In this document: positions 59,701 through 64,000 of the stretch, in pieces | Layout of the letters: every line of letters starts with the position of its first letter | Position numbering within the stretch: the stretch's first letter is position 1 | NCBI GenBank assembly: GCA_036172245.1 | Contig: JAYWIR010000003.1 | Coordinates: forward strand, 620,001 to 684,000 | Source of the DNA: Raillietiella orientalis | Lineage: Eukaryota | Length of the DNA stretch: 64,000 bases | Reading direction: 5' to 3' | Notes under the pieces: model-generated | Told to the model about the DNA's origin: nothing | Databases searched by the model: none | What the model saw: only the letters and a program-made list of their open reading frames with translations | Made by a program: the position numbers and the translations under genes

Positions 59701-62700
59701 AACAGTGCGCTTTGGAAGCTAAAGCGAGTCGTAGCTTCCACTTCACAATAAAGACATGTCAAAGATAAGCAAACGAGTGTTTGTTTACATTTGTTGATTA
59801 AGGAATGGAATCTCAAGTCAATCAAGTGGTCACAAACCTTATAATCCATTTGTTCTGAGCAATTGAAAACATAGACCATCATCCCCAAGGCTCTCCCCAA
59901 ATCCTTGGTTGTTTCCGTTTTCCCCGTTCCTGCAGGTCCAGCGGGCGCACCTCCCATTATCAGATGCAAAGACTGAAACGTGCGTGCCCATAGTTCATTC
60001 GATTTATTCATTTTTTGCAGCTCGCAGTAGGGTTTTTGAATTTTCCCTTCCTTCCTTTCTTTCTTTGTGTTTGAGCAAGTACCGGAGAATCGAAACAACG
60101 CTTGTGATGGTGCCCGTTCTTGCAATCGCGCCGCATTCTTGGGGAGAGTTTCATTTCAAATTGGCAGCAGGGAGGAATACCGAAGGGAGCTCAGTTCTCA
60201 CGATGCATATAAGAAAAGAAGAAGAAGAAGGAAAAAAAAAAAAAACACGCTCGCTACAGCTTTCCAACGCAAGCTGTACATCAACCACACCGCGAGACGT
60301 GTGCTGCCCCTGAGGGATGGCCAGGCACATGCCGCCACATAATGGCTGCGGAATGGGAGGGGGGGTCATGCAACAAGCGGCGTTTGCATGCGAGATCGGG
60401 GCGGCAAAACGACGGGATGGAGAAGCTGACCGGGATGCAGCGATGCGACAGCTGCATTCCATCATCCCATTATTCGGCGAATGGACTATTCCATTACTTG
60501 CTAATTTTCTTCCTTTTTTTTTTAAAAAAAAAAAAAAGGGGGAGATACAAGCCGTGTTCCTTGGGGCATTTCTGCTAGATCATCCCATCCAGAAACGCAT
60601 CATACGTTCACGTATAACAAGTGTACACAATTGGATAGAATGTTCGCCAGAAAAACAGAAAGGCGATACGCGTGCTTTGTCAGCATGAGATTTCGAAAAT
60701 ACGAAAAGATGAGCAAATGAGCAAAAGCGCGATTGACCTTTCTGCCATTTCTCCGATGATGAGCAACTTTACGCGTTAGCGTGCCTTATGATTTCGAATT
60801 GCACGGAGGGCGACGTACAGCCGGCTGCTGCAAACGAAACGGCAGGCGTCGAAGACATGGCCGAAGACATGGCTTAAGACAGGATCCGTCGGCTCTGTGA
60901 ATGCGCTGATTGAATGAGTCTACGAAGCCTTCGTAAGGCGAAGGTCCAAACTGGATTCGGTCACCCTTTTCCCCTGCGTTCAAGGAGACGCGGGACTCTG
61001 AGTAAACGGTTATCGTCGCCATTTTGATTCGCAACACTCGTTCGCAAGGGTTCACCAAACCTGGGGAACACTCCGCAGGACACTGTTGAAAAGTCGGAAA
61101 CTCGGAAGAAATCTCATGCAAAGCTTTCAGCAGCTGGGAGGAAGATCGCACGATACCTGCGTTAAAGTTATGTAGCACCGATCCGTCAAAGGGGTGATGA
61201 CCAGCCTTGGTGTGTTCCCCAGATATTCATATGAATATCGGAACTGAGCATCGCAAATATTCACGAAGCAGTGGCGTAGGGAATCGTTCCACCTAAAGAC
61301 ATAGATATCGTTCAGATCTCGGAATGGAGGATCATCCTTAGAGCTGAATTGAAATAACGATGATGTGTTAGATAAACTGGTGATGTTCCTGCAAAAGAGT
61401 GAAGGGCTGCTGCGCTTTTGAATCGCACCACTGACTCATGACAAAGACCGCTTGCAAAGCACTACTTTTACGAGACGCTTTGCAGCACATCCCCAAGGGT
61501 AGGCTCGACACGATACGCGGGAACCGTCCAGCATTTTGGGCAGCTCATGCACCTGAACCACTGTGCTTGCCAAAGGTAGCAAAAAAACATCCGATCAGGA
61601 AGACTCGCAACGGTAGTAACGGCACACCTATCCTTATCATTGTGTGCCAACTATGTGCTCCTTCACAATGTCGGTGATTTCCAGTATGGCAGCGTTTCTG
61701 AGGGAGTGGCGAGTCGGCCACGAGACGGATCATCCATCACTCAAGCAATAAATGGACTTGGTTTAAGAAAGACGAACGGAGTTGGTGTGCGACGTGTGTA
61801 TGCTGTGGACAAGAAAAGCCCCTCTGCAGCAGTTTTCCCGACCTATGAAACCGTGCAGAAATAGTCGATTGGAATGTATCAGTATGATGGGTGAATTCGC
61901 TCCAGTCTTTTCATAAGCAACCGCGATGATGCGTTCTCTCTTCGTTTCGTAGTATGCAATGCTTGGAGATGGCAAGAAACGATCGGGGCATCAAGAAAAC
62001 GCAATGCTGGATGGACGGCTTGCCAAATCGAAGACGCGCGAAAGATGGCGAGCTCTTTCGCGGCAACCAAGCAGGTAGGGTTCTCCCAACTGCCTAATCT
62101 TTTCGTCACTATGCTTGGTAACTTTTTGGATGCTCGGATGATGATTTCCTTGATTATATCGCTTGCACCGCCAGTGTCACCGACATCGGAAAAGAAGCAT
62201 GCTTTCTTTTGTGGAGTGGGATGAATTGCAAAGCTGTGGAACACATCTCCTTTTCCAAGCACTCTTTGCGAGATATCGAAGAGAGGATGAAAGTTACGCC
62301 CTCTTCAAGGCCCTGTTGCTTGTGGCTCGTGGAGGCAATAGCCATTGGTTTTAGCAACGGTGATTCTATACGTTGCTGAGCCTGCCTGCTCTATTATTGG
62401 AATAATGAAACAAAAAAAGAGCAAAAAGGAAAAAGAAGAGAGAGAGAGAGAACGGTTTGCTTTTCCACATTTTTCCTGAAGAAAATGAAATTAATGTTGT
62501 AAGCAATCAAGTAGTAACGGTTGTTCTTGACGGACCGCCGCCTTTCACTTCAGCTCTCTGTGAAGACCGACCCAATAGGTGAAAGAACGCTGAACAAATG
62601 AGCTGCTCTCGGAAACCTCACAACATAACCTACACAGTCTTGGAGACTTGTTGGGAGAACACTGACACTACGAAAGGTATCAGTTTCTTATAAAGGCGTA

Positions 62701-64000
62701 TATAGAGAAATGCGACATCAAAATCAGTCAACTGAGGGAGGAGCAAGTTGGAATGACATGGCAGTTTGTTGGCGTGACATACTATAAATAGGTGCTGATG
62801 ACGACGGTAAGTTTTACCTATGCCTCAACTGGCACTGCCATAGAAATGAGGAAGAGGTTTCAATCTTTTGGTTTATCATTTTCGCAACGACGTCCCTTGC
62901 ATGCACGTCGATGGTACAAATTGTCATGACCTTTTGCCTGTCCTGGGCACTTAGCTGGCCAATCAGTAAATTGATCAATGCGTTCAGCTGCTGGATCTAG
63001 GCGAGACAAGAAAGCAAAACTCGAGAAAAAGAAAAGACAAAAAGAGCAATACTTCTTTTTTGTAATAGTCCTTCAAGGCGTTCTCGTAACCTTCTTCCAT
63101 TCTGGAAAACGCTATTCCCACTTCTATAGCCCACCATATTTGCGTTCCGCACAGAGCGATTTGCGCAGGAAATTCGAAAATCCACTGGTCCCTTGCCTTG
63201 TCTTCGTATGATGAAAGAGCGTCGCCGAAATATTTGCGAATACTTGAGCAGTGAACATCCAAGAGGTGGGCCAACCACACTTCTACCTGGTGAGATGAGA
63301 AAAAAAGAACTGGGGTCGACATGGGAGTCATCACCAAGCCTTCCCCGTTTCCCCCCATTTCTTCTTCGCGCGCGCCCTCGTGTTGAAATCGCTTTCCAAC
63401 TACATCCGACGCGTTGATACAAGCAAGCACACGCCTTGATATCTGCACGTAGACATTCAAATTGGAATCAAATCATATTGGACACGTGTTCATGTTGAAC
63501 ACTTCCAACCCAATGAGCAGTAATGTGGAAATTCGCATGTGTTGCTCGACCGGGCATTGATTGTCTTTTTTTTTTTTTTGCGTGTGTGTTTACGTATTTA
63601 ATTTACTCCCTCCAGCTACGTACCCGTCCGACGCAATTACATTCTTGATCAAAGTTTATGTACTCTCCATCCTTGGACCAGCAGCCAACAGCCTGTTTGC
63701 TGTCATTTTTGAATTTCAACCTTGACATGGAATCAAACAGTTTGATCAAATGCCTGAAACATATGGTGAAGATGGCGGTGGTGACGACACCGCCTTCGAG
63801 GGACACTGTGCGTACTTTTCAACCAGACGAGGACTGTTCCCATTCGACAGGATGTCCAAGAGATCCGCAGACGAAACGAAATAAAACCTGGGGAAAGCCA
63901 GCCTCTTGGTTTCGAGATACTCCGCCAGTGCCTTCTCGCAAACGGTCAGCTTTTTCTGAATAGCCTCGAGCTGGTCATACAAACCCTCTCTATTGGTAGC
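38750..64000 (-). CDS. DNAH9: Axonemal dynein heavy chain, outer-arm beta type (DNAH9/11/17 family); 5' part lies beyond the window
   Basis: Motifs seen: [18 protein letters not shown] (linker), [23 protein letters not shown]1 GPAGTGKT and [11 protein letters not shown]2 [11 protein letters not shown]3 [11 protein letters not shown]4 GVGGSGKQ, stalk/MTBD, C-terminus [13 protein letters not shown] then TAA. 49 phase-consistent GT-AG exons: 64000-63816, 63753-63624, 63286-63053, 62996-62818, 61292-61157, 59972-59838, 59653-59534, 59308-58964, 58609-58385, 58215-58005, 56768-56641, 56487-56339, 56286-56004, 54619-54446, 54392-54200, 54141-54029, 53627-53434, 53271-53052, 52856-52695, 50919-50720, 50013-49857, 49788-49600, 49368-49247, 47404-47287, 47234(or 47246)-46874, 46816-46683, 46568-46440, 46257-46104, 46056-45914, 45835-45666, 45598-45460, 45407-45243, 45180-44987, 44898-44388, 44322-44152, 44060-43912, 42483-42316, 42248-42116, 42061-41918, 41831-41694, 41636-41411, 41335-41160, 41079-40837, 40778-40680, 40619-40536, 40193-40020, 39304-39156, 39092-38960, 38911-38750 (about 2,916 aa). 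The family call is secure; the symbol is nominal because invertebrate genes are co-orthologous to DNAH9/11/17. Confidence 0.96.
52948..52999. repeat. (AAAC)n / poly-A tract in a dynein intron
   Basis: Seen directly. Confidence 0.85.
53767..53946. repeat. (AAC)n microsatellite followed by degenerate ATAG/CTAT simple repeats in a dynein intron
   Basis: AAC run 53767-53790, then AGAT-rich and ATCT-rich tracts including the inverted pair GGATATAGAT/ATCTATATCC. Confidence 0.85.

Noticed and set aside
38912..63815. Introner-like family among short dynein introns, or U12-type introns
   Set aside because: The short introns I compared share no sequence similarity or common terminal repeats; all are GT-AG without the RTATCCTT U12 donor.
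38891..63963. Numerous plus-strand ORFs overlapping dynein exons (e.g. 45542-46060, 54473-54958, 55929-56366, 57904-58329)
   Set aside because: Antisense shadows of dynein coding exons.

Overview
This is eukaryotic (animal, probably invertebrate) genomic DNA, not prokaryotic. I built spliced models by hand for four minus-strand genes with GT-AG introns, and the reading frame is consistent at every junction. They are a TAF1C-like RNA polymerase I SL1 subunit (13158-17290), the DEAD-box mRNA export helicase DDX19/Dbp5 (19701-21881), coatomer alpha COPA (25242-31264), and the C-terminal ~2,900 aa (49 exons) of an outer-arm beta-type axonemal dynein heavy chain of the DNAH9/11/17 family (38750 to beyond 64000). 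The three housekeeping genes are AT-rich, CpG-poor and have very short introns (many 40-51 nt). The dynein gene and flanking blocks are CpG-rich, a pattern typical of mosaic gene-body methylation. Two intervals (about 1-13 kb and 31.9-38.4 kb) and several large dynein introns hold coding-like sequence I cannot assign to any family. The most unusual local feature is an array of about eight degenerate, mostly hairpin-forming repeats at 7.40-7.86 kb. I found no CRISPR array, tRNA/rRNA or recognisable transposon, and I cannot support a claim of a new biological system; the findings below are leads only.
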